Under the pieces are notes generated by a model. The model was not told where the DNA came from, made no database searches, and saw only the letters and a list, made by a program, of their open reading frames with translations. A DNA stretch of 64,000 bases from an uncultured Gammaproteobacteria bacterium (lineage in GTDB: Bacteria; Patescibacteriota; Microgenomatia; UBA8517): positions 7,907 to 71,906 of the forward strand of contig CAZCXV010000001.1 in NCBI GenBank assembly GCA_964502815.1, written 5' to 3'. Below are positions 42,527 to 51,788 of this stretch, in pieces. Made by a program: the position numbers and the translations under genes. Positions within the stretch are counted from its first letter, which is position 1; the number at the start of each line of letters is the position of its first letter.

Positions 42527-44278
42527 TTATTTTTTAACTATCAAATAATTTTCCACTACTAAGGCATCAATTCCACTTTTCATAAATGTGTTATAAGCGT
42601 CTTGAATAGTATTTACTATTGGCTCTCCTTTTAAATTGAATGATGTGTTCATAAGAACGTTCACACCAGTTTTCTTACCAAAAGCACGGATAACATCATA
42701 GTAAGCCTTATTGTCTTGTCTTTTTATGAATTGTGGTCTTGCCGTACCATCCACATGGGTTATCGCTCCCAAACTCTTCTGCCATTTTGGTTTCACTGGT
42801 ACAACCGCTATCATATATTGAAGTGGTTGCTGGTCTGCTCCCTTGCCAACTCCACCACTAACATCAAAATATTTATCACCATATTCGTACAAGCAAACTG
42901 GGGCAAATGGTCTAAAAGCTTCCCTGAATTTTATTTTTGCATTAACCAAATCGCGCATTTTTCTATCTCTTGGATCAGCAAGTATACTTCTTGACCCCAA
43001 AGCTCTTGGCCCCCATTCAAAACCACCTTTTACCCAACCAATCACCCTCTTGTTTGTTAACATAGAGGAAACTATTTGTGTAATTTGATTGTCACTTAGT
43101 TTATTAAATTTAATATTGTTTTCCTTTAGGAATACCTCAATATCACTATCTTTGTTACCAGCTCCTAAATATGGGGTTGTAAATTCACTTTTCACAGGCT
43201 TTGGATTACCCAATACATGATGATAAAGATAAAGGGCTGCTCCCAATGCTCCTCCGGAATCTCCAGCCGCCGGATGGATAAAAATATTTTTAAAACCTGC
43301 CTCTCGGAAAATTTTCCAGTTAGTAACACCATTTAGAGCTACTCCTCCGGCATAACAAAGATTTTCCTCCCCAGTTTTAGCTATTACGTTTTTTGCAATT
43401 ACCAATAGTTTGTCGTCCAATACTTTTTGAGCAGATGCTGCTATATCAGCATATACTTTTTCAACATTGTCGCTTTTTTTGGGATCCATCGGGCTGATAC
43501 CAAATAAATCTATAAATTTTTGAGAATACGAAACCTGATCATTCAAATGAAAAGTAAAATATTCAAGGTTCAAACTAAACGCTCCGTCAGCAGATTGATT
43601 TATAAGTTTTTCGACCTTATCCTCATATTTCGGCTCTCCATACGGGGCGAGTCCCATCACTTTGAATTCACCTTCATTTACCTGAAAACCTAAGAACTGT
43701 GTAAAAGTAGAATATAAAAGTCCAAGTGAGTGAGGGAACTTTAGTTCATGAGACAAAGTAACTTTGTTTTCCTGCGCGGTTCCCCAAGCGGTCGTAGTCC
43801 ATTCACCAACACCATCACATGTCAGAACGGCTGCTGACTTAAATGGAGAGGTGTAATAGGCTGCTGCTGCATGAGAAATATGGTGACCAGTAAACAATAT
43901 TTTTTTTGAGTCAACTCCTACTTCTTTAGCAAGAGTCGACTTGATCCAAAGCTTATCCTTCAACCAAGTCCTATACGCGTTTACAAATTGACTCCGAGCA
44001 TGTGGAACTGTAGCAAAGGAAGAAAGAGTAATTCTTTCAAATTTTGTGAACGGCTTCTCATAAAAAACAACATAGTTTAAATCCTTTGCGGTTATTTGTG
44101 CTGTTTCCAAACAATAGTCGATGGCCTTTCTGGGAAAACCAGAATCATGTTTTTTACGACTAAACCTTTCTTCTTCGGCAGCAGCAACTATTTTGCCATC
44201 AATAATAAGTGCGGCGGCAGCGTCATGATAGTAACAAGACACTCCCAATATTCTGGTAATTTTGTTTTTATTTTTCAT
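42527..44278 (-). CDS. NodU/CmcH-family O-carbamoyltransferase
   Basis: N-terminus ILGVSCYYHDAAAALIIDGKIVAAAEEERFSRKKHDSGFP and the downstream HHISHAAAAYYTSPF are hallmark carbamoyltransferase motifs. 583 aa. Confidence 0.9.
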   Translation of the reverse strand: MKNKNKITRILGVSCYYHDAAAALIIDGKIVAAAEEERFSRKKHDSGFPRKAIDYCLETAQITAKDLNYVVFYEKPFTKFERITLSSFATVPHARSQFVNAYRTWLKDKLWIKSTLAKEVGVDSKKILFTGHHISHAAAAYYTSPFKSAAVLTCDGVGEWTTTAWGTAQENKVTLSHELKFPHSLGLLYSTFTQFLGFQVNEGEFKVMGLAPYGEPKYEDKVEKLINQSADGAFSLNLEYFTFHLNDQVSYSQKFIDLFGISPMDPKKSDNVEKVYADIAASAQKVLDDKLLVIAKNVIAKTGEENLCYAGGVALNGVTNWKIFREAGFKNIFIHPAAGDSGGALGAALYLYHHVLGNPKPVKSEFTTPYLGAGNKDSDIEVFLKENNIKFNKLSDNQITQIVSSMLTNKRVIGWVKGGFEWGPRALGSRSILADPRDRKMRDLVNAKIKFREAFRPFAPVCLYEYGDKYFDVSGGVGKGADQQPLQYMIAVVPVKPKWQKSLGAITHVDGTARPQFIKRQDNKAYYDVIRAFGKKTGVNVLMNTSFNLKGEPIVNTIQDAYNTFMKSGIDALVVENYLIVKK

Positions 44279-44496
44279 TGCTCTTTGAGTTTAGACAGAG
44301 TCGACGAATTGTCTTCGACCTTTTCCCAGGCTGGAAAGGATTTAATTCTAAAATAATCATTCACCAAGTTGGCAATCAAGCCAGTTGGAACAATAATCAA
44401 GAAATACAATATGGAAAAAATAACGCCCGCCTGAAAATTTCCAATTTTTTCGGCAACTTCCTTCCACTTATTCCATAGACCTTTAACGGTTTTCAT
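44275..44496 (-). CDS. 73-aa single-TM membrane protein translationally coupled to both OTC (upstream) and carbamoyltransferase (downstream)
   Basis: ATGA overlaps at both ends: its stop overlaps the carbamoyltransferase ATG at 44276-44278, and its start overlaps the OTC stop. It has a hydrophobic core AGVIFSILYFLIIVPTGLIANLV. Small proteins of this kind commonly accompany NodU-like genes. Confidence 0.6.
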   Translation of the reverse strand: MKTVKGLWNKWKEVAEKIGNFQAGVIFSILYFLIIVPTGLIANLVNDYFRIKSFPAWEKVEDNSSTLSKLKEQ

Positions 44497-45413
44497 TTTG
44501 TTTTTCTCGCCTTCGACATTAAATAGATTAGCAGTGCCTTTTGAACATGAAGTCGATTTTCGGCTTCATCATAGACTACAGAACTACTTGAATCAATTAC
44601 ATCTGTAGTCACTTCATAACCACGATACGCAGGTAAACAATGCATAAAGATAGCTTTTTTGTCTGCCAAGTCAAACAGTTTCCTATTAACTTGGTAGTTT
44701 TTAAACTTTCTTAGTCTTTCCTCTTTCTCTCCTTCACTGCCCATTGATACCCAAGTGTCAGTAACTACAACGTCTGCGCCAATTACGGCTTCAGCGGGAT
44801 CTTCAATTTGAATTAAATTTTTTCCCAACTTTTCGACAATTGATTTAGCCATTTTGTACCCTTTAGGGCTTGCGCAAGAAAATTTCATACCCATTTTACT
44901 TGCAAGCAGTGCCAAAGAATGAGTAACATTATTGTTGCCATCTCCGACGAAAACGACTTTCAATCCTTCAAGTTTTTTCTTGTGCTCCAAAATAGTAAAT
45001 ACATCCGCCAGCGCTTGGCAAGGATGTTCAAAATCAGATAAAGCATTAATTACAGGAATCTTTGTATTCTCCGCTATATCAATTAGTTTTTGATGTTCAA
45101 AAACTCTCGCCATAACAATATCAACCATCCGTTCCAGGTTTCTAGCAATGTCTTGAGGTGTTTCCCTTTTCCCCATTTGAATATCATTTGGCCCCAAGTA
45201 AATCGCATGTCCACCAAGCTGGGTCATCCCTACTTCAAAAGACACTCTTGTCCTCAGGGAGGGTTTTTCAAATATCATTGCCAAAGTCTTCCCTTCCAAA
45301 GTTTTTCGAATATAACCTCTTTTGATCTCGGCTTTTAGTTTTTTTGTTAAGTCAAAAATCTTCCATACCTCTGATAGTGTTAGATCATCGATTCCAAGAA
45401 AATGCTTAATCAT
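44493..45413 (-). CDS. Ornithine carbamoyltransferase family (ArgF/ArcB-like transcarbamylase)
   Basis: Carbamoyl-phosphate site PSLRTRVSFE, ornithine-site DTWVSMG, and HCLPAYRGYEVT. 306 aa. Confidence 0.88.
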   Translation of the reverse strand: MIKHFLGIDDLTLSEVWKIFDLTKKLKAEIKRGYIRKTLEGKTLAMIFEKPSLRTRVSFEVGMTQLGGHAIYLGPNDIQMGKRETPQDIARNLERMVDIVMARVFEHQKLIDIAENTKIPVINALSDFEHPCQALADVFTILEHKKKLEGLKVVFVGDGNNNVTHSLALLASKMGMKFSCASPKGYKMAKSIVEKLGKNLIQIEDPAEAVIGADVVVTDTWVSMGSEGEKEERLRKFKNYQVNRKLFDLADKKAIFMHCLPAYRGYEVTTDVIDSSSSVVYDEAENRLHVQKALLIYLMSKARKTK

Positions 45414-45578
45414 AAATTTAAAAAAGTGGATAAATTATTGGAGCCAATGGACTGGAACCAATAAAAAGGATAAGCACCGCAAAAACTAGAAATATGATCA
45501 ACATTGGCATAAGCCACCAAAGTTTTCTTTTCCAAAGAAAAGAAAACAGTTCCTTTAATATCGAAAATTTTTCTAGCA

Positions 45579-45974
45579 TTAATTATCCTTCGTTTTTCTC
45601 TTTGTAATAATGCCACTAGTTTCAATAAAAAGCAATAGTGTACCAAGCAAGAAAGCTTGGAAAGCATATACCGAAGTTCTTTCGGACCAAATATCCACTC
45701 CAACAATTCTTAATACCCCTGCAAACAACCAAAACAAAAGTGCTATCAAATAAAACGCAACACTACGAGCATCCAATAAGAAAATTGCAAAAATAAGTGC
45801 TAAAACTACAACAATATTCACACTAATTGGCAAATATGGATGGAAATAACCAGCAGAACGCAATAAAACTAACAACATAACAAGGCCGTTAAAAATACCA
45901 ATTCTCAAATAATGAGTTTTAATCCAATGAAAAACATCGTCATTAAACATCTCAATAAATTTTGTTAATTTCAT
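45579..45974 (-). CDS. Small polytopic membrane protein (131 aa), coupled (ATGA) to the upstream 1032-aa membrane protein
   Basis: 3-4 hydrophobic helices. The start overlaps the stop of 45971..49069. Confidence 0.5.
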   Translation of the reverse strand: MKLTKFIEMFNDDVFHWIKTHYLRIGIFNGLVMLLVLLRSAGYFHPYLPISVNIVVVLALIFAIFLLDARSVAFYLIALLFWLFAGVLRIVGVDIWSERTSVYAFQAFLLGTLLLFIETSGIITKRKTKDN

Positions 45975-48900
45975 TTTCTGTCCTTTAAATAGACCGTTAA
46001 GACAATCATCGCACTTAGCGTTGCAAGTAAAACTCCCAAATAAAAATATTTCTGGTTTTCAAAGTATATCTCTAGATCGTATTCTGAAGGAGTGTCTTTT
46101 AGATACCAAGCGTTGGCATATAAATTGGCCGAAAAATGAAGTGGTGTCCCCAAGATAGCTCCACCATTTGAATAACTCAATTTAGTTTTCCAAGCTGGAT
46201 GATAATTCTCAGCAAAAATTATCACATGGGGACCAAGGACATTTTTAACTTTAGCTTTATACTTTACAGGCGAAATTTTCTCAAAAGTTATGTTTGGTGT
46301 CGCCAGAATAGGAGTATCTTTTTCCATAAACAATAATTTGTTGGTAAATACTTTTCTTACTGTAATATTATCGTAATTTATTTTTGTTCCGAGCGGGTCA
46401 TTAGTATATGGGGCGGATAAAATTACCTTCATTTCAGAATTTGTCTTAACTGGTTCATAGTAATAACTGAAATGGTTCCACTCGGGATAGTTTGGTAAAC
46501 GTTCCGTTTGAGTTTTGACTAAAGATGTCTTTGTACTTTGCCCTGCATATGAAACGCCGTTGTTTCCATAGATCTGCCGATAATCAAATTCAACCAAATA
46601 AGGAGAGAAAAAGTCAAAATTCTGCACATCAAAATCTGCTGATACGTCTGCCTTACCAATATTATATATTTCTAAATATTTCCTGCCATCTGTGTCAACT
46701 ACTCTATATCTGGCTTCACCAACGGTACCGTAACCTCCCTCGTTGAATTTTTGATTGTCAAGTACATCTACACCGACCAGATTATTGTTAACGAGGTATA
46801 TTTCGGTTTTATGATTACCCTTGGTTAAAAATATTTCCTCATATAAGATAACAGAACTATTTATGTCACTAATTTTAAATTTTTCTTTTTTTCCATCTAG
46901 TACAACTTCCAAGTCATTTGTGGGATCTATTCCAAAATCATCTAATTTATACCGCTCCAATTGAGGTCTGTAATTACCGTCCTTAGGTATATAAAAAGTG
47001 AAAAGCACTTTTGATAAATCTCTTTGAGTTAAACGATTGGCTAGTTTAGACTGTGAATAATTAAACTCCCTATATTCTCTTTCTTGAGTGTTTTCCGATA
47101 ACACTATTCTCCCCACCATCGTGTCTAGATCACTAATCTGGGCAGCTACCTTGTCGTCAGGATTCAAAAGAGTTTGTTTAGCCAAAGGTAGAGCCAAGAA
47201 CCCCTTCGCACCCGCATTATAAGGGTAATAGTAAAAAAAATTATTTGTACTATAAATCTTACCTTCAATTTCAGAGCCTATCGGAAACTTAATAAACTTC
47301 CATGGTCCATACTCTACTTTTTCAGTTAAAACTAATTCATTAGCTAACTTCGGTGCAAGACTTGGTTGATCTCCTTTCAAGAAGATATAACCTATGTTTA
47401 GCCTATCAGCCAACCCACTTGCATATTCTAATTGCCCCATCTTCATGCCAAGGTATAAGTCCTTTATTGTTTCAGATATTGCAGTGCTAGTTGCATTAAG
47501 CGCAGAGAAAACTGTCTCAACATTTGATCCCAAAGAAAGAATAGACTCAATTCCTCTATACCCCCAAGCATAGTTCTCTATCTCATCGTCTGGATAGCTA
47601 ATCACTCTTTCAGATATGTTTTTGTTTGACCAATTATTTGCATCAAAGACATATTGTGGAAATTTGACAAAAAAACCATCACTTCTACCAATCCTAAAAA
47701 TTTTTCCAGTGACTAACGGATAACAATACACTAGATTTGCTAAAACCAAAACAAGAAAAAATATATTGTTAAAAAGTACAAAGGGTTTATTAGCATCATC
47801 CTTAAAAAATTTATCTACTTTTTGATACAAAAGTCCAAATAAGGCAGCATATGAAAAAATAAGCAATGGTGTGAATATATACCAAGGACTACGGAAAAGT
47901 GAGAAAAATGGTACATGCTCACTCAACCAAACAAATACAACTCCAGTTGGATGGTGAGAACCCGCTCCCAAAAAGGTTCCCAGTAGCATCATTACAGCAA
48001 AAGACAAATAATAGTTGGTATTGGCAAATTTACCGCCTATCTTTGTTCTAATTGTTCCAACAATAAGCGACAACAGCGCCAAAGTGGGAAGTAAAATACT
48101 AAAAGCTACAAATGGAAATTTCCTAAAATAGTTGAGTGCATAAGGAATATATAATGGAAGCTTTGTAATTTGATCAAAAGCATACCAGTCCCAAGCACCT
48201 TGAAGCCGAAGGACATTTACCAAATTGGTATTTTCTGACAAACTATTAAGCCAATTAGTAAAACCAATGGCACCAATACTTGCAGATGGGGAAATACTCC
48301 CCAAAATGAATACAAGCGTAGGAATTATCCAAAATAAGTTAAATAAGAAGACTGCCAAATATATAATTAAGAGATTTCTTATTAAGAAAATAAGTTCATT
48401 TTTTCCTCTCGTAAGTATATATCCAAATTGGAAAACAAATATGATCAAATAAAGGGTTATAAAATAAGCTGGGTTTATTCCTGTTCCTGAAATCAATATC
48501 GCCAATGGGATCGAAAGAAAAGCTGCCTTTTTCCAGCTAATTTCTCTATTATTCAACCTATTTATAATTCCTAAAGCTAGAGGAATTCCAATAACCAAAG
48601 AGAGGTTGGCAACTTTAACATTCTCCCAAGTGTTGAAAAGGTACGTATTGAATGAATAGAAGACGACAAAAATAAGGTTGGCAATGCTTTTTTTACCAAA
48701 AATTGAACTTGAAAAATAATATGCTAAGTAAACAATGCCCAAAAACCAAAAAAGTAAACTAATTATTTGAACGAACTGTAAAGAGAACCCAAGTGCATAT
48801 GGCAATGCCTGGATAAAATGAAAAAGTATCCCGGCAGTTGAGCTTGAAAAATCATTACCAGCGTTGGCAATCCCATTCCAAACAAAAAACCTTCTTAGAA

Positions 48901-49069
48901 ACCAGACTAAAGGATTTAAAGGAAAGTTGGTATCAACGCCATTAATTAATGTTCCATTGACCAAGGCATTACTTTTCCCTAGAAACCAAATCAGTGGTGT
49001 AAAGCCAAGCAACAAAATCAAAGGTAAAATCGTTTTTTTCAACACACTGCTATTGATCTTTAACTTCAT
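45971..49069 (-). CDS. Very large polytopic membrane protein (1032 aa), N-terminal ~12-TM domain + ~550-aa extracytoplasmic domain + C-terminal TM; probable GT-C glycosyltransferase (AftD/DUF3367-like architecture)
   Basis: The hydrophobic N-terminal half holds multiple helices. The C-terminal anchor reads YFYLGVLLATLSAMIVLTVYL. The family assignment is tentative. Confidence 0.6.
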   Translation of the reverse strand: MKLKINSSVLKKTILPLILLLGFTPLIWFLGKSNALVNGTLINGVDTNFPLNPLVWFLRRFFVWNGIANAGNDFSSSTAGILFHFIQALPYALGFSLQFVQIISLLFWFLGIVYLAYYFSSSIFGKKSIANLIFVVFYSFNTYLFNTWENVKVANLSLVIGIPLALGIINRLNNREISWKKAAFLSIPLAILISGTGINPAYFITLYLIIFVFQFGYILTRGKNELIFLIRNLLIIYLAVFLFNLFWIIPTLVFILGSISPSASIGAIGFTNWLNSLSENTNLVNVLRLQGAWDWYAFDQITKLPLYIPYALNYFRKFPFVAFSILLPTLALLSLIVGTIRTKIGGKFANTNYYLSFAVMMLLGTFLGAGSHHPTGVVFVWLSEHVPFFSLFRSPWYIFTPLLIFSYAALFGLLYQKVDKFFKDDANKPFVLFNNIFFLVLVLANLVYCYPLVTGKIFRIGRSDGFFVKFPQYVFDANNWSNKNISERVISYPDDEIENYAWGYRGIESILSLGSNVETVFSALNATSTAISETIKDLYLGMKMGQLEYASGLADRLNIGYIFLKGDQPSLAPKLANELVLTEKVEYGPWKFIKFPIGSEIEGKIYSTNNFFYYYPYNAGAKGFLALPLAKQTLLNPDDKVAAQISDLDTMVGRIVLSENTQEREYREFNYSQSKLANRLTQRDLSKVLFTFYIPKDGNYRPQLERYKLDDFGIDPTNDLEVVLDGKKEKFKISDINSSVILYEEIFLTKGNHKTEIYLVNNNLVGVDVLDNQKFNEGGYGTVGEARYRVVDTDGRKYLEIYNIGKADVSADFDVQNFDFFSPYLVEFDYRQIYGNNGVSYAGQSTKTSLVKTQTERLPNYPEWNHFSYYYEPVKTNSEMKVILSAPYTNDPLGTKINYDNITVRKVFTNKLLFMEKDTPILATPNITFEKISPVKYKAKVKNVLGPHVIIFAENYHPAWKTKLSYSNGGAILGTPLHFSANLYANAWYLKDTPSEYDLEIYFENQKYFYLGVLLATLSAMIVLTVYLKDRK

Positions 49070-51080
49070 ATATTTGTAATTCGTTTATTACCCAAGGCGC
49101 AAATTGATGATAACCGATTTGATGTATTGTAACAAAACGTACCGGTTTTGGTAGTACATATATTTCCGTTATCCCCTTTTCGTTGGGTAGGCGTCTTTCG
49201 ACTTTATATAACTCTTGCCAAATAATTTTGTCTTGTGACCCTTCAACTAAAAATCCAACTTCATTTTGATCCTTACTGGCACTCGAGTCTATTCTAATAA
49301 GTGAAATGTTTTTACTTTTTCCAAAATCAATTGTAATACTTTGAGGATAATAATAGGCAAGAAGTGAGCTCCAATAACTATTTTTGTTTGAATCAATCAA
49401 TTTTTTGATATCATTCTGGTTATTGGTTGAGGTAATTTGATTTTCCTGTAAAAATATTTGCCTCTGATTTAATTTTTTAGATAAATATTCATTTCGAACT
49501 CTTAGCGAGATATCGCTCAAACTCCTATTATTACTATTAAAAGAAAAAGCATAGACTGATTCCACAGGAATCTTTTCTTTTTCTATTATATTTTCCATCT
49601 GTGTTTGATCATAGAAAAAGCCAAAACCAAAATCATCAGCTTCTTTGTATCCTTGATCTTGTATTCCCCAAAGAAATTCATCTCTAAAAAAGTAAACCGG
49701 TATCTTTTGCTTCTGTTCATAATTTACAAGCAGTAATTGCCCAAACCCAGATTGAAAAGGTAAGATTTTTTTATTTATTCCATAATGTGCTCTATCCGAT
49801 TCTACGTACACCAAAGATTTTTGAGGGAGAATAGGTAAATACGAGTTAACTGCATAAACAATATCTTTTCTTATTTTGGCCTGCGAAAGTAAATGCTCAA
49901 ATGTTTTCTGAAGATAATAAACATTAGTGACAACAAGCAGTGCGAAAAATAACACAACAATGGTCTTATAGAAAAACTTCTTTGGGTTGTCGAATTTACT
50001 AAATAAATAACCAATATAGATACTCGCGGCAATGCTTGCTGTATAAAAATATCTTGAGTCGGGATAGATCAAATATTTGTTAGTTATCACCAAAGGAAGA
50101 CTACTAAATAGGTTGAAAGTGAAATACAAGAAAAGTATTTTTGTATTTTTTCTAGTTGTCAAAAAGACTAGCAAAGTTACAATAGCTCCAAGCAATAAAG
50201 CTATTAACTCGAAAGAATAATCATTACTGACAACCCAGATTTTATTTGGGTCTGGCAAAAACTCAATTAGCCTCGGGGTAAGCCAATTGGCTGCATTTAT
50301 CAAAACATCCTGAGGAACAAATATTTGACTTATAAATTTTAGCGGTAGTGTCGCTAGATTATATACAATATTATTTAGATAGTCAGTAGGTTGACTAGTT
50401 AAATTGGTAGTCGCACTCGCTTGGCCAAAGAAAATATAAGAAAATTTCAGAAACAAATACATAAATGCTACTGAGAGTAATTTTAGAAACCTATTTAAGT
50501 TTTTTTCGATGAAGATTGAGCTCACTATTAATATACCATAGAAGGTTAAAGCATTTTCCCTATAAAGAAGTGAAACAAAGATAAAAACGAGTGAAAGCCA
50601 GAATCTTCGTTTGTAGGTCAAAAGAGATAATATTCCAAATAATGTTGACCCCAAAATACCTTCAAATGTGCCAATCCAAGTGATTGCTTGGTGATTGCTT
50701 GCGCTCAATGCAAAAAAAAGTGCTCCTAAAAAGGCTGATTTTTTCTTTTTTAGTAAATCGAGTAGAAAAAAATATAGAGAAACTACCACAGTAGAATGAA
50801 GCAAAATACTCACAACAAAATATGGTTTTTCGTCAAGTCCAAAAAGATTGAATATAGTCGATTTTGTAAGAAGCGATAATGGCGTAAAGTGTGCCAAAAG
50901 CCCTCCTTTTAATATTATGGCAAGCGCATCAGATAGGGAATTTGAAAACACATAAATATAGTGTCCAAAACTATGCCATTCGTCTTGTTCGAAGTAACTA
51001 TTGATTATTTGGCTATAGAAGACTATTACTATCACCAGCAATATTGAAACAGGTAGAATATGTTTTACAAGATTTTTCAT
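49050..51080 (-). CDS. Polytopic membrane protein with C-terminal F5/8 type C (discoidin) carbohydrate-binding domain
   Basis: About 11 N-terminal TM helices. The C-terminus NSYWSSLLAYYYPQSITIDFGKSKNISLIRIDSSASKDQNEVGFLVEGSQDKIIWQELY fits the discoidin pattern (W.s...pqw..iDlg....i..i.i......y.ve.S.dg..W). Confidence 0.7.
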   Translation of the reverse strand: MKNLVKHILPVSILLVIVIVFYSQIINSYFEQDEWHSFGHYIYVFSNSLSDALAIILKGGLLAHFTPLSLLTKSTIFNLFGLDEKPYFVVSILLHSTVVVSLYFFLLDLLKKKKSAFLGALFFALSASNHQAITWIGTFEGILGSTLFGILSLLTYKRRFWLSLVFIFVSLLYRENALTFYGILIVSSIFIEKNLNRFLKLLSVAFMYLFLKFSYIFFGQASATTNLTSQPTDYLNNIVYNLATLPLKFISQIFVPQDVLINAANWLTPRLIEFLPDPNKIWVVSNDYSFELIALLLGAIVTLLVFLTTRKNTKILFLYFTFNLFSSLPLVITNKYLIYPDSRYFYTASIAASIYIGYLFSKFDNPKKFFYKTIVVLFFALLVVTNVYYLQKTFEHLLSQAKIRKDIVYAVNSYLPILPQKSLVYVESDRAHYGINKKILPFQSGFGQLLLVNYEQKQKIPVYFFRDEFLWGIQDQGYKEADDFGFGFFYDQTQMENIIEKEKIPVESVYAFSFNSNNRSLSDISLRVRNEYLSKKLNQRQIFLQENQITSTNNQNDIKKLIDSNKNSYWSSLLAYYYPQSITIDFGKSKNISLIRIDSSASKDQNEVGFLVEGSQDKIIWQELYKVERRLPNEKGITEIYVLPKPVRFVTIHQIGYHQFAPWVINELQIYEVKDQ

Positions 51081-51784
51081 TTCTCAGCCACAACCACACA
51101 ATATGAAGAGTGATTTGTATCTATTTTGGTAACAATATTTGCTAAGAAAATTGGTAAAGGATAGAAACCTACTCCAATAATTTTATTAATTTTAAATTTA
51201 TACGCCTTTAGAAGTTGAACCAATGCTTTAGTAGTCATAACATTCAGATGTGGATACATATTTTCCCCCATATCACTTGTGTAATATTCAGCATTAGGTC
51301 TATGACCAATTGGGTAGATGCGTGAGATATATGGCCCCGTATATGGTTGATTTCCAAGTACTAGAGCGAAAATATTATGGTACGCTGCCAAATTTTCTGT
51401 AGAAATTATAAATTTTCCACCTTTTCTTAATGTTCTTGCCGCTTCGGCAACAAATTTATCAACATTAACAAGATGCTCAATAACTTCAGTTGCTGTAAGG
51501 CAGTCAATACTTGCAGAATCAATTGGCCAAGACTTATTAAGATCTGCTGTTTTTATCTGAATTTTATTATTTCTTGCTGCTTTGACATATTTTGCACTAA
51601 TCTCAATCCCAAATATTTTCGTCGTACCTATTTGTTGTGCACGCTTCAAGGTTTTGGCTCCATCATAGCAACCCAAATCTAAATACTTTACATTAATTCC
51701 TCTAGGTAAGGCCTTAATAACCTCCTCTTCAATTTTTACTTCGTAACTCGCGCCTAGCTTTTTTATATATTTTCCTAATTTCAT
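51077..51784 (-). CDS. Class I SAM-dependent methyltransferase
   Basis: VKYLDLGCYDGAKTL (motif I) and CLTATEVIEHLVN. Confidence 0.8.
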   Translation of the reverse strand: MKLGKYIKKLGASYEVKIEEEVIKALPRGINVKYLDLGCYDGAKTLKRAQQIGTTKIFGIEISAKYVKAARNNKIQIKTADLNKSWPIDSASIDCLTATEVIEHLVNVDKFVAEAARTLRKGGKFIISTENLAAYHNIFALVLGNQPYTGPYISRIYPIGHRPNAEYYTSDMGENMYPHLNVMTTKALVQLLKAYKFKINKIIGVGFYPLPIFLANIVTKIDTNHSSYCVVVAEK

Positions 51785-51788
51785 ATAG

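Noticed and set aside
45410-45706. 98-aa minus-strand ORF overlapping the 131-aa membrane-protein ORF (45579-45974) in another frame and abutting the OTC start
   Set aside because: The 131-aa ORF is translationally coupled (ATGA) to the upstream 1032-aa gene and is cleanly hydrophobic. The 98-aa frame has no features and would need a 128-bp out-of-frame overlap. 45414-45578 is more likely the OTC promoter/5'UTR.
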